Shown one piece after another: positions 26,969 through 36,271 of a stretch of DNA of 64,000 nt (position 1 is its first letter; the number at the start of each line of letters is the position of its first letter). A model generated the notes under the pieces. It was not told where the DNA came from and did not search any database. It was given only the letters and a program-made list of their open reading frames with translations. This stretch comes from Escherichia phage vB_EcoM_PHB13. The stretch lies in sequence record MK573636; one strand, written 5' to 3'. The position numbers and the translations under genes are program-made.

Positions 26969-27916
26969 ATGACGTATAACCCGTTTACAAAAACTACCGC
27001 TACACTTAATGATTTCTTCGATGATCCAGAAGATAAACTGCCGGAAGGTGTGCATTTGATTGATATGTCGCAGCTTATGATTGCTACTATCTCGCATACC
27101 TTTAAACCGGAAGATCCTATTAGTGAAGGTATGATCCGTCATCTTATTCTTGACACCATGCGTTATAATATGACAAAATTCAAAGAGCAATACCCAATTA
27201 CGGTACTTGCCTTTGATTCAAGCAAAGGTTACTGGCGACGTGATATCGCACCTTACTATAAACGCAACCGTAAGGAAAAACGAGACGCAGATCCGCGTGA
27301 TTGGGAGATGATCTTTGCTGCGATCAATAAGATCACCGAAGAGTTTAAAGAGAACATGCCTTATCACGTTATTAAGGTTGACAAAGTTGAAGCAGATGAT
27401 ATAATCGCTGTGTTAACTAAAAAGTTTTCTGTAGAAGGTCGCCAGGTGCTAATCAACTCCGGTGATGGTGACTACACACAGTTGCACAAATACAAAAACG
27501 TGAAACAGTGGGCACCAGTACAGAAAACATGGAAGAAGTGCAAATATGGTAGCCCATACAAAGACCTTATGGTAAAATGTGTTAAGGGTGACGCAAAAGA
27601 CGGTGTAGCTTCTATCAAGTGCCGTAGTGATTTCATTATCTCACGACTGGAAGGGGAACGAGCTAAACCAATTGCAACCAAATGGTTAGAGCAAATTTTC
27701 GATGCCGAAGATCCAAAGTCTTTGATGACAGAGGAAGAAGCACGACGCTTTGACGAAAACCGCGAACTTATTGATTTTGAATTTATTCCTGATAACATCG
27801 AATATGAAATTTTGTTAGCATGGGAGAAATCTAAACCAGCACCACGCGGTAAAATTTATAACTATTTTGTAACAAATGCGTTAGTTAAAATGTTGCAGAA
27901 AATTGGTGAGTTCTAA
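26969..27916 (+). CDS. rnh: RNase H / flap endonuclease
   Basis: GVHLIDMSQLMIATI... and downstream acidic clusters match T4 RNase H (305 aa); sits next to gene 34 as in T4. Confidence 0.85.
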   Translation: MTYNPFTKTTATLNDFFDDPEDKLPEGVHLIDMSQLMIATISHTFKPEDPISEGMIRHLILDTMRYNMTKFKEQYPITVLAFDSSKGYWRRDIAPYYKRNRKEKRDADPRDWEMIFAAINKITEEFKENMPYHVIKVDKVEADDIIAVLTKKFSVEGRQVLINSGDGDYTQLHKYKNVKQWAPVQKTWKKCKYGSPYKDLMVKCVKGDAKDGVASIKCRSDFIISRLEGERAKPIATKWLEQIFDAEDPKSLMTEEEARRFDENRELIDFEFIPDNIEYEILLAWEKSKPAPRGKIYNYFVTNALVKMLQKIGEF

Positions 27917-27926
27917 GGGTTGACAT

Positions 27927-28523
27927 ATGAAAGAACTTGAATTAAAATACTATGCACACTCACAAATTGGCGTCGAAACAATCTGTGATTTGTGGGTAGC
28001 AATGTATGACGGGTACAATCTAGTAGATCGTGCTAACACTCTAAAACACGAATTTTATTATGATACCGAAGATCATGCACTGCGTCGAAAAGGAATTTAT
28101 GCTAGACTTGACGTTAATAGATCATTGATCATGGTCAAAATAGGTGATAGTGAATCTGGACTCTTCAACCGAGAAGAAATTACTTTTTCAACAACGGATG
28201 ATTTCTATCACTATGTTGATAGTCTAGGCGTAAACTCCGACCTTATCATTCCTTTACTTCAAGTAATGACATACCGCAAGTCATTGACACTTGACCTTGA
28301 GGGTGCTATAGTGGAAATGTGCAAAGACACTTTCTATTATTGCAAAGTCGGCGAAGTAATGGGAGATGCTCACTATGAACTTGAGTTCGAGTTAAAATCA
28401 GGTGATGAAAAAGCACTTGACATTATCCGAGAAATGATGCTAGAATATGTTGGTGACGATTTAAGTCCTAGCGAAATTTCAAAAGCTGAACGTGGTTTTC
28501 AATTAATGACGAAAGAGGGTTAA
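27927..28523 (+). CDS. CYTH-like (triphosphate tunnel metalloenzyme-like) protein
   Basis: N-terminal ELELKY and C-terminal YELEFELK resemble the E-x-E-x-K signatures of CYTH domains; assignment is tentative. Confidence 0.4.
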   Translation: MKELELKYYAHSQIGVETICDLWVAMYDGYNLVDRANTLKHEFYYDTEDHALRRKGIYARLDVNRSLIMVKIGDSESGLFNREEITFSTTDDFYHYVDSLGVNSDLIIPLLQVMTYRKSLTLDLEGAIVEMCKDTFYYCKVGEVMGDAHYELEFELKSGDEKALDIIREMMLEYVGDDLSPSEISKAERGFQLMTKEG

Positions 28524-28528
28524 ATATT

Positions 28529-28804
28529 ATGACTGAACAGAAAAAAGAAAAAGTAGTATTCGATGAAAATGTACACGGAAATACCCTGGCACAACTGATT
28601 AAAGAAGCCAGCGATCAGAAAACCATTCAAGAAGCATACGGCGATAAGATCAAAGAGATCAAACAGCGTGCTAAAGAAGAATTAGGCGTAGACGGTAAAA
28701 TGTGGGGCATTCTGTTTAAACTGTATCACCAGCAACAGCGCGAAACCTTCGAAGCAGAACGCGATGAAGCGGTAGAACTCTATGATCGGGTGTTCAATGC
28801 TTAA
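28529..28804 (+). CDS. dsbA: double-stranded DNA-binding protein DsbA-like
   Basis: 91-aa basic/acidic protein in the T4 dsbA position between rnh and gene 33. Confidence 0.55.
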   Translation: MTEQKKEKVVFDENVHGNTLAQLIKEASDQKTIQEAYGDKIKEIKQRAKEELGVDGKMWGILFKLYHQQQRETFEAERDEAVELYDRVFNA

Positions 28805-29051
28805 TGAACATGCGGTAAAAGCCGCGAATAAAACAGCAAACGGTCTTGCAATCGAAAAACTGGTTGTTGAAGAGGGATTGACCTATCTTGAAGCAACAAC
28901 TCAGTTTGTAGAGGAAAACTCTATCGAATATGGTCACTATCAGAAGTATATTCCGGTGTCCATTATTGACAAGATCACACAAGAATGTATAGTAAATAGA
29001 ACGCTCAGGAAGGGAGTGATCGACGAACCGACCAACACTCTCGATATTTAA
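28782..29051 (+). CDS. 33: late transcription co-activator gp33
   Basis: IEKLVVEEGLTYLEATTQFVEENSI matches T4 gp33 (IEKMVEEFGMSYLEATTAFLEENSI); start may be ATG 28797. Confidence 0.8.
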   Translation: MIGCSMLNEHAVKAANKTANGLAIEKLVVEEGLTYLEATTQFVEENSIEYGHYQKYIPVSIIDKITQECIVNRTLRKGVIDEPTNTLDI

Positions 29052-29060
29052 GGGGTATGT

Positions 29061-29741
29061 ATGATCAGAAACCGTCTTCCTCCAGATCCAGATATGCGAA
29101 TTAATGCTAAATCTGTGTATATGTTATATTGCATGATGAAAGCTCATATGAACGGGCGTTATGATTGCGTAAAATACAATTGGAGGATGCGGTTGTCTGA
29201 TGCCGCATTCAATAAACGCAGAGATAAGTATTATTTCGCAAAATTAGCGGAAAAGTACAATCTAAGAGAACTATACTTCCTATTCCTAAGCAATCTGGTG
29301 GCTAATACCGATGCATGGGTAGGTGAAATCACTGATGTTGACGCATACGGCTTTTATATGGAATACATAGGAAAGATAACCGATGCAGCAACAAGATTTG
29401 ACGATGACATTAAAAGTCTGGTATACTTCTCCGAGAAACGCGGGGTTACTCTTAAAGAGCTAATTACATACAATCCCGCAACCGAAACAAGCGGTATCTT
29501 TAAACTACTGCAAAATCGGATTATATCGTTTGAGTCGTTTATGTTGTTAGATAGCTTTCTAAATATAATCGACGAACACGACAAGGTAGCCAAAGACTTG
29601 ATTTGGCAAACTTATAGTGTTAAAATGAAGGCGTACAAGAAACTACTTGTTATTGACGCCGCAAAAGCAAGAGCATTATTTGTTAAAGTAGTTAAAGAGT
29701 GTAAAGAAATATCTCAATTAAAAACCGAAACAAATAGTTGA
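29061..29741 (+). CDS. 59: helicase loader gp59
   Basis: ...KSVYMLYCMMKAHMNGRYDCVKYNWRMRLSDAAFNKRRDKYYF... matches T4 gp59 closely. Confidence 0.9.
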   Translation: MIRNRLPPDPDMRINAKSVYMLYCMMKAHMNGRYDCVKYNWRMRLSDAAFNKRRDKYYFAKLAEKYNLRELYFLFLSNLVANTDAWVGEITDVDAYGFYMEYIGKITDAATRFDDDIKSLVYFSEKRGVTLKELITYNPATETSGIFKLLQNRIISFESFMLLDSFLNIIDEHDKVAKDLIWQTYSVKMKAYKKLLVIDAAKARALFVKVVKECKEISQLKTETNS

Positions 29742-29765
29742 CAAGTAAATTTAAATCTGTATAAT
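29738..29765 (+). promoter_or_regulatory. sigma70-type promoter upstream of gene 32
   Basis: TTGACA 29738-29743, 16-nt spacer, TATAAT 29760-29765. Confidence 0.5.
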
Positions 29766-29795
29766 AATCTAGTAAATTAATCAAAAGAAGGAATA

Positions 29796-30770
29796 GTGAA
29801 TATGTTTAAACGCCAAGATTCTTCCAAACTGCAAGCTCAACTGGCCGCACTGAAAGGTGGCAACGGTTTCTCCAAAGAAGATCCGAAAGAGTGGAAGATT
29901 AAGACTGATGCAGCAGGTAACGGTGAAGCCCTGATTCGCTTCCTGCCGTCTAAGACAGAAGACGGTCTGCCGATTGTGAAACTGGTAAACCATTCCTTCA
30001 AAGTTAATGGCAAATGGTATTGGGAAAACTGCTCCAGCACCCACGGTGATTTTGATTCTTGCCCTGTGTGCAAATATATTAACGAAAAAGACCTGTACAA
30101 TACCGATAAAACAGAATGGCAACTGATTAAGCGTAAAGCGTCTTACTACGCAAATATTCTGGTACTGAAAGATCCTCAAGCACCAGAAAATGAAGGTAAG
30201 GTATTCAAATTCCGCTTCGGTCAGAAAATTTATGATAAGATCGTTGCAATGGTGAACGTGAATACCGATATGGGCGAAGTTCCGGTCGATGTAACTTGTG
30301 TGTTCTCTGGTGCTAACTTCCTCCTGAAAGCTAAGAAGGTTGATAAACACCAGAACTATGATGATTCTCGTTTCATGCAGCAATCACAGCTTCCGAAAAT
30401 TGAAGACGAAGCATATCAGAAATATCTGATGGAAAACATGGTTGATCTGAGTGAGATTGTAGCGCCTAGCCAGTTTAAACCGTTCGATGAACTGGAAACC
30501 AAATTTAAGAAAACTATGGGCGTTTCTATGGTAGCTGGTGCTGCGGCTTCCAGTGCTGCGGCAGCGATTAACAGCCAGCTTGACGATTTTGACGCACAGA
30601 TGAATGCATTCGATTCTGGTATGACCGCAGCTAGCACTGTAGTTGGTATTAACGCAGCTAGCACGGCGTTAGATTCTTCCGCTGATGACCTGATGGCATC
30701 GCTGGATCTGGGTGGCGGTACTTCCTCCGCTTCTGATCTGGATGATCTCGACGCTCTGTTAGGGATGTAA
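29796..30770 (+). CDS. 32: single-stranded DNA-binding protein gp32
   Basis: MFKRQDSS...[30 protein letters not shown]...[17 protein letters not shown]...acidic C-terminus matches T4 gp32; ATG 29802 is the likely start. Confidence 0.95.
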   Translation: MNMFKRQDSSKLQAQLAALKGGNGFSKEDPKEWKIKTDAAGNGEALIRFLPSKTEDGLPIVKLVNHSFKVNGKWYWENCSSTHGDFDSCPVCKYINEKDLYNTDKTEWQLIKRKASYYANILVLKDPQAPENEGKVFKFRFGQKIYDKIVAMVNVNTDMGEVPVDVTCVFSGANFLLKAKKVDKHQNYDDSRFMQQSQLPKIEDEAYQKYLMENMVDLSEIVAPSQFKPFDELETKFKKTMGVSMVAGAAASSAAAAINSQLDDFDAQMNAFDSGMTAASTVVGINAASTALDSSADDLMASLDLGGGTSSASDLDDLDALLGM

Positions 30771-30780
30771 TGAATTTTAA

Positions 30781-30809
30781 AGCCTTCCTTCGGGGAGGCT
30801 TTTTTATTA
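30781..30809 (+). terminator. rho-independent terminator after gene 32
   Basis: Hairpin GCCTTCC-TTCG-GGGAGGC followed by TTTTTTATT. Confidence 0.65.
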
Positions 30810-30833
30810 CCTAAATTTTTATGAAAAAATATA

Positions 30834-30861
30834 TTGACATGCTGGCGCGGTAATGTATAAT
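30834..30861 (+). promoter_or_regulatory. sigma70-type early promoter
   Basis: TTGACA 30834-30839, 16-nt spacer, TATAAT 30856-30861, then leader CACATCGAAACAA and GGAGGA RBS. Confidence 0.55.
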
Positions 30862-30896
30862 ACACACATCGAAACAACGGAGGATAATATTATATT

Positions 30897-31226
30897 ATGT
30901 GGACTGTAGAACAAATCGTAGATGAAAAAGTAAGTATTATCTCGTGCGGCACTATTGAAGAATGCCTTAAAGCCGCTAATCGTGAATGTATTACGGTTTA
31001 TGAAGCCCGTCGCGGGGATGGTACTGTGTTAACCAGCGACTATCGATATGAACCAAAAATGATTACCTTTCGTTTTTGGGAAAATGGTGTTAATGTTGGG
31101 GTATCTCACTTAAAACGTTTTCGTGATTATTCTGACCGTTATTTCATCACACCGGATAACGGTCAAGAATTTAAGACAGCAATCACAGAAGAAAATGTAA
31201 ACGAAAACTATTTCAAACTGATTTGA
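30897..31226 (+). CDS. hypothetical protein (109 aa)
   Basis: ORF after GGAGGA RBS. Confidence 0.5.
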   Translation: MWTVEQIVDEKVSIISCGTIEECLKAANRECITVYEARRGDGTVLTSDYRYEPKMITFRFWENGVNVGVSHLKRFRDYSDRYFITPDNGQEFKTAITEENVNENYFKLI

Positions 31227-31241
31227 TGGGAGATTTATATT

Positions 31242-31811
31242 ATGATTCAATGTGTATTTGCGATTGGTGACACTAAAATGTCAGATGAAAATTGGGCTTT
31301 TGGTTTTAAAGGCGGTTTACCGTGGGGTCGTCCAATCAAAAAGGACATGGAAAACTTTAAAATGCGCACTATGGGAGATGTTGACCTTGCGGCGGTGGTA
31401 ATGGGACGTAATACCTTTGAAAGTCTCCCTAAAGCACTGGAAGGACGTCTTAATGTGGTTATTAGCACCGATGCCAGTAAGCCGACACCAAAAGCTAAAA
31501 ACGGCGACCAGCCTAATGTGTATACTGGAATTGAATTAAAGGATCTGTTAAAAGTCCTGGAGAAAACGCAAGGTTTGGTAAGCGTTATCGGTGGACCTTC
31601 CCTAATTGAAAAAGCAGTTGACTTTGCGGACCGTATTGTGTTAACGTATGTTCAACGTTCAGGGACCAACGATCCATTGGAATATGATGTTGGAATCTCT
31701 AAGGATATGATTCAGGAATTATTTTTTGACTTTGCAACAAAAGAAGAACATAATTACTTCCTTGATGATTACCTGATCAGCGAACAAATTTTAGAACGTA
31801 AGAAGGCGTAA
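31242..31811 (+). CDS. frd: dihydrofolate reductase
   Basis: ...AFGFKGGLPWGRPIKKDMENFKMRT...VVMGRNTFESLP...VIGGPSL... are DHFR motifs; sits upstream of td as in T4. Confidence 0.8.
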   Translation: MIQCVFAIGDTKMSDENWAFGFKGGLPWGRPIKKDMENFKMRTMGDVDLAAVVMGRNTFESLPKALEGRLNVVISTDASKPTPKAKNGDQPNVYTGIELKDLLKVLEKTQGLVSVIGGPSLIEKAVDFADRIVLTYVQRSGTNDPLEYDVGISKDMIQELFFDFATKEEHNYFLDDYLISEQILERKKA

Positions 31812-31812
31812 C

Positions 31813-31905
31813 ATGAAAATTCTGACAGATTATGAGTGCAAACATTGTGGTGAATCTTTGATGTTTGCTGGTAGTCGGTGCTTACATTGCGGACGGGAAC
31901 AATAA
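31813..31905 (+). CDS. possible 30-aa zinc-ribbon micro-ORF
   Basis: MKILTDYECKHCGESLMFAGSRCLHCGREQ: two CxxC pairs; stop overlaps the next start (TAATG). Confidence 0.3.
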   Translation: MKILTDYECKHCGESLMFAGSRCLHCGREQ

Positions 31906-32174
31906 TGAAAGTCGGTATTATTCAATTATGGACGGCTACCAGTGAAAACTACGCAGTAGCCGTAGATTATTACGGTTTACAATATCTCTATGATGAAGCG
32001 AGCGCATCATGGCTTCCTGTGCAAGAAAATAGCGATATCTCAAGACCTGCAACTGTATTCGACCGTGGCGTTGTCTTTATCGATATTGACGAGACAGTAG
32101 CAAAACTGCGTAAGAAAGCAATCAACAAGAAAAAGGTGATGTGGGATGAAAGAATATTTGAAACTGTTGCGTGA
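31905..32174 (+). CDS. hypothetical protein (89 aa)
   Basis: ORF from ATG 31905 (MKVGIIQLW); overlaps the td start. Confidence 0.5.
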   Translation: MKVGIIQLWTATSENYAVAVDYYGLQYLYDEASASWLPVQENSDISRPATVFDRGVVFIDIDETVAKLRKKAINKKKVMWDERIFETVA

Positions 32175-33366
32175 TGTTCTTGATAATGGCTGGCCTCGTG
32201 AAGACCGCACGGGGGTAGGTACGCTCTCTAAATTCGGCGCAGAGATGCGAATTGATTTAAGCAAGGGTTTCCCATTACTGACCACTAAAAAGATGGCTAC
32301 AGCCTCTGTAATTGGCGAATTGCTATGGTTTATGGAAGGGTCACTTGACCGCCGTCGCTTACAGGAAATTACACGCGGTAAGTTTGACGAAGAAGCCTTT
32401 GACATTTGGCGCGGTAATTGTCTTGATATGAAAGAAAAGAATCCTTTGCGATTCAATGGTTATAATGTTGGCAATATGTATGGTATGGCATGGCGACGCA
32501 AACCGATTCATCCACACGGTGAGATCAAAATTAAGCGCGTTAAGAGCAAATATACACATACATTTAAACACCCGTGGGTAGAAGACTTTACGCCAACCAA
32601 TGAAACAGAAGACCGTTTATGTGCTATCTGGCGTGGTATGATTTATGAAGAGTTTGATTGTATTCTGGTAGCAGACCACTGGAAGACTCAATCTAATTTT
32701 GTTAATGATGCATATTGCTTGTGGGGATTCCAGGAATGGGTAGATAGTGGTTATTTCGATTATCTGCTTGATAGTGATTATCTGGGTGGCGACATTTTAG
32801 CACCGGATACCACGATGTTTGTTAGTATGGACGTAGACACATCAAGCACTAAAGACGATGAAGAATATGTCTATCGCCCGAAGATTTGGGAAGACCAGTT
32901 ACAAAACGTGATTGAACAAATTAAAAACAATCCAACGGATCGCCGGATCATTATTGACTCATGGAACGTACAAGGAACACATAATGCTGTATTAGGTGTA
33001 TGTCATCCTTTCGTGCAATTCTATGTCAATGAAGGTAAACTGTCTTGTATGTGGTTTCAGCGAAGCGTAGACAGCTTTTTGGGCTTGCCCTTTAACGTCG
33101 CCAGCTATGCGCTGTTAACTCACATCATAGCGAAAATGTGTGATCTTGAGGTAGGAGAACTGATTTTCTCTGGTGGAGATACTCACATTTACAAAAACCA
33201 CTTTAATCAAGTTATGGAACAGTTAAGCCGTGTTCCGTTTGATAAACCAACAATTGAGTTGCCGGAATTTAAATCTTTAGATGAGATATTGACAAAGACT
33301 CCGAAAGACTTTAAAATTCACAACTATCAAAGCCATCCAGCGATCCCCGCTCAAATGGCAGTATAA
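32146..33366 (+). CDS. td: thymidylate synthase with ~125-aa internal insertion (406 aa)
   Basis: N-terminal MKEYLKLLRDVLDNG...DRTGVGT and C-terminal RRIIIDSWNV...VCHPFVQFYV...FQRSVDSFLGLPFNVASYALLTH...GDTHIYKNH...HPAIPAQMAV match T4/E. coli TS; an extra block follows YGMAWR. Confidence 0.85.
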   Translation: MKEYLKLLRDVLDNGWPREDRTGVGTLSKFGAEMRIDLSKGFPLLTTKKMATASVIGELLWFMEGSLDRRRLQEITRGKFDEEAFDIWRGNCLDMKEKNPLRFNGYNVGNMYGMAWRRKPIHPHGEIKIKRVKSKYTHTFKHPWVEDFTPTNETEDRLCAIWRGMIYEEFDCILVADHWKTQSNFVNDAYCLWGFQEWVDSGYFDYLLDSDYLGGDILAPDTTMFVSMDVDTSSTKDDEEYVYRPKIWEDQLQNVIEQIKNNPTDRRIIIDSWNVQGTHNAVLGVCHPFVQFYVNEGKLSCMWFQRSVDSFLGLPFNVASYALLTHIIAKMCDLEVGELIFSGGDTHIYKNHFNQVMEQLSRVPFDKPTIELPEFKSLDEILTKTPKDFKIHNYQSHPAIPAQMAV

Positions 33367-33372
33367 ACAAAG

Positions 33373-33388
33373 GGGGGCGAAAGCCCCC
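33373..33388 (+). other. GNRA-tetraloop hairpin between td and nrdA
   Basis: GGGGGC-GAAA-GCCCCC with no T-run after it. Confidence 0.5.
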
Positions 33389-33436
33389 AATATGGAGGAT
33401 AAAACTTGTTCCTGCTAAAATATGAAGTGAGGTAAT

Positions 33437-35680
33437 ATGATTAAAAATGTTGTTAAGTCTTCCGGTCTGACTGTTCCGTTTGAAAAAGAAAAAGTAATGA
33501 AAATTCTGGAAGCGGCAGCCGAAGGTCATAACGTTGATCCATATGAATTGTTTGATATGGTTGAACCACTTCTGACAGAAGGTATGTCTACCAATGATAT
33601 CCAGAAAGTATTGATTAAGGTCGCCGCAGATAACATTACTGTAGAAACGCCTGATTATCAATATGTAGCAAGTAACCTTGCAATGTTCGCTCTTCGTAAA
33701 TCAGTATACGGTCAATTCCAACCGATTGATTTTTATAGCCATATTGAGCGTAATATTGCAACCGGAAAATATGATCGTGAAATTCTGCAAAAGTATTCCC
33801 GTGAAGAAGTGGAATATCTGGAGAAATTCATCGACCATAAACTTGATTTTAAAATGACCTATGCTGGTGCGATGCAGTTAAAAGAGAAATATCTTGTTCA
33901 GGATCGCAGCACTAAGAAAATCATTGAAACACCGCAATTTGCGTATATGCTGATCGGTATGTGCTTGCATCAAGAAGAGACAGAAAATCGACTTGAACAT
34001 GTGATTGATTTTTATAATGCTGTTGCGAATAAGCAAATCTCTCTGCCTACTCCGATTATGGCAGGTGTGCGTACCCCAACACGCCAATTTAGTTCGTGTG
34101 TGGTGATTGAAAGTGATGACTCATTGCAGGGCATCAACGAAACAGCAAATGCAATCATCAAGTATATTAGCAAGCGTGCTGGTATCGGTATCAACGCTGG
34201 CATGATTCGCGCGGAAGGATCTAAGATCGGGCATGGTGAAGTTCGTCATACTGGCGTTATCCCATTCTGGAAACATTTTCAGACTGCCGTTAAGTCATGC
34301 TCACAAGGCGGTATTCGTGGCGGGGCGGCGACTCTCTATTACCCAATGTGGCATTTAGAGTTTGAAAGTCTTATTGTGTTGAAGAACAATAAGGGGGTGG
34401 AAGATAACCGCATTCGTCATCTTGATTACGGCGTACAGATTAATAACCTGATGGTAGAGCGATTCCTTAAACGGGATTACATTACTCTGTTTAGTCCAGA
34501 TGTTGCAGGTGGCTTGTTGTGGGATCTGTACTTCCGAGATGAGGAAGGTTTCCGCCAGCTTTACGAAAAACTGGAAAAAGATCCGAGTGTTCGTAAAACT
34601 CGTGTTAAAGCCGAAGACCTGTTTTTAGCGGTGGCAATTGAACGTTTTAACACTGGTCGAATCTATCCAGCGTTCACAGACAACATGAACAATCACGGGG
34701 CGTTTATTCGTAATGTAGCACCGATTAAACAATCCAACCTGTGTTGTGAAATTGCTCTGCCGACAAAACCGATGGGTCGTGATGATTCAGAGATCAGTCT
34801 ATGCACTTTGGCAGCATATGTTTTAGGAAACTTTGATATCGAAAATATGGAAGAAGTAGAACGCATTGCTATGGTTATGGTGCGTGCACTTGACAACCTG
34901 TTAGATTATCAGGATTATCCTGTAGAACAAGCTCTGACAGCCAAAAAACGTCGCTCTCTGGGTGTTGGCGTGACTAACTTTGCATCGTATCTCGCGGATA
35001 ATTTCTTCACATATGAAGACGCTAACGAGTTTACGCATAAAACGTTTGAACGCTTGCAATATGCTCTGATTAAGGCTAGTGTGCAACTAGCAAAAGAGAA
35101 GGGTACTTGCGAACTGATGCACGAAACACGTTATGGTCGCGGTGAACTGCCTATCGACTGGTACAAAAAGACAGTAGATGAACTGGTTGATCCGGTGTAT
35201 GAGATGGATTGGGAAGAACTGCGCGAAGACCTGAAAAAATATGGCATTCGTAACAGTACGCTTTCGGCTCTGATGCCTTGTGAGTCGTCTTCTCAGGTAT
35301 CTAACAGCACAAACGGTATTGAACCGCCTCGCGGGATTGTATCGGTTAAAGGATCAAAGGAAGGACAATTTAATCAGGTTATTCCGAACGTAGAGAATAA
35401 TGCTGATGTTATTGACCTGCTTTGGACACTGATCAAGAAAGGTAACAAGCCTTATCTGACACTGGCAGCGATTATGCAGAAGTTTGTAGATCAGGCGATT
35501 AGTTCCAATACATCCTATGATCCAAGCACTTATAAGACTGGTAAAGTCGATATTGCTGATGTGTTAGATGATATGTTGTTCGCTCAACATTACGGTCTGA
35601 AAACCCTGTATTATGCGAACGTTCGCGACGGTGCAGATGGTACGGAAGACGCTAGCGAGTGCTCATCTTGCAAGCTGTAA
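33437..35680 (+). CDS. nrdA: ribonucleotide reductase large subunit
   Basis: 747-aa ORF with N-terminal ATP-cone region and class I RNR features (…NLCCEIALP…, C-terminal CxxC); size matches T4 NrdA (754 aa). Confidence 0.9.
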   Translation: MIKNVVKSSGLTVPFEKEKVMKILEAAAEGHNVDPYELFDMVEPLLTEGMSTNDIQKVLIKVAADNITVETPDYQYVASNLAMFALRKSVYGQFQPIDFYSHIERNIATGKYDREILQKYSREEVEYLEKFIDHKLDFKMTYAGAMQLKEKYLVQDRSTKKIIETPQFAYMLIGMCLHQEETENRLEHVIDFYNAVANKQISLPTPIMAGVRTPTRQFSSCVVIESDDSLQGINETANAIIKYISKRAGIGINAGMIRAEGSKIGHGEVRHTGVIPFWKHFQTAVKSCSQGGIRGGAATLYYPMWHLEFESLIVLKNNKGVEDNRIRHLDYGVQINNLMVERFLKRDYITLFSPDVAGGLLWDLYFRDEEGFRQLYEKLEKDPSVRKTRVKAEDLFLAVAIERFNTGRIYPAFTDNMNNHGAFIRNVAPIKQSNLCCEIALPTKPMGRDDSEISLCTLAAYVLGNFDIENMEEVERIAMVMVRALDNLLDYQDYPVEQALTAKKRRSLGVGVTNFASYLADNFFTYEDANEFTHKTFERLQYALIKASVQLAKEKGTCELMHETRYGRGELPIDWYKKTVDELVDPVYEMDWEELREDLKKYGIRNSTLSALMPCESSSQVSNSTNGIEPPRGIVSVKGSKEGQFNQVIPNVENNADVIDLLWTLIKKGNKPYLTLAAIMQKFVDQAISSNTSYDPSTYKTGKVDIADVLDDMLFAQHYGLKTLYYANVRDGADGTEDASECSSCKL

Positions 35681-35688
35681 AATAAGTG

Positions 35689-35717
35689 TTGACGCGGGGA
35701 GAAATCCCCGCTATAAT
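35689..35717 (+). promoter_or_regulatory. early promoter with stem-loop in the spacer (PeSL-like)
   Basis: TTGACG 35689-35694, stem GCGGGGA-GAAA-TCCCCGC in the spacer, TATAAT 35712-35717. Confidence 0.6.
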
Positions 35718-35748
35718 ACAACCATCAAAAACAAGTGAGGATTTTATT

Positions 35749-35916
35749 ATGACCAAATTAAAATGTGTTGCTGTAGATTTTGAGCTAGCTGATAGCTTTG
35801 TTGTCGGTGATGTATATGATGCTCGACATGATGGGACTTGCTACTACGTTGAGGATGAATACGGCGTAGAATGGGCTATTCTTCCTGATGATAAATGTTT
35901 TGAGGTTGTCGGATAA
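35749..35916 (+). CDS. hypothetical protein (55 aa)
   Basis: ATG 35749 (MTKLKCVAVDF) after GTGAGGA RBS. Confidence 0.5.
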   Translation: MTKLKCVAVDFELADSFVVGDVYDARHDGTCYYVEDEYGVEWAILPDDKCFEVVG

Positions 35917-36089
35917 TGGCTACTGTATGGTTATTGATTGCAATCAGCAATTCAATGTATAATTACGGAAATATGTCAAGCATTGAGTTTGCAACAAAGC
36001 AGGATTGCGTTAAAGCTCGCGAGGTTATCCGCGAAGACAATAAACGCTTTATGAATCTGTACTGTGTTGAAAAGCAGAAGGTGAACTAA
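35916..36089 (+). CDS. small protein (57 aa), tandem paralogue A
   Basis: MATVWLLIAISNSMYNYG...SIEFATKQDC...CVEKQ; TAATG overlap with neighbours; not in the ORF track (below 60 aa). Confidence 0.5.
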   Translation: MATVWLLIAISNSMYNYGNMSSIEFATKQDCVKAREVIREDNKRFMNLYCVEKQKVN

Positions 36090-36256
36090 TGGCTACAATA
36101 TGGTTATTGCTTTCCGTTAGCGTAGGCGTATATAATAAAGGAACTGTTACCAGCGTAGAGTTTTCATCACATCAAAATTGTTTTGAAGCTGTGCAGGAAT
36201 TGCAGCAGGATAGCGAAATAAACAGAAATACTAAGTTCTTTTGTGTTAAAAAGTGA
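36089..36256 (+). CDS. small protein (55 aa), tandem paralogue B
   Basis: MATIWLLLSVSVGVYNKG...SVEFSSHQNC...CVKK; clearly similar to the preceding ORF. Confidence 0.5.
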   Translation: MATIWLLLSVSVGVYNKGTVTSVEFSSHQNCFEAVQELQQDSEINRNTKFFCVKK

Positions 36257-36271
36257 TAGTGAGGTGAATTA

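Noticed and set aside
29781-30877. - strand ORFs of 200 and 153 aa overlapping gene 32.
   Set aside because: Gene 32 on the + strand is unambiguous; the antisense ORFs are low-complexity mirror frames.
32400-32900. The td insertion as an intein or group I intron.
   Set aside because: The ORF is continuous and in frame (not an intron), and the insert lacks intein N-terminal Cys/Ser and C-terminal His-Asn splice motifs.
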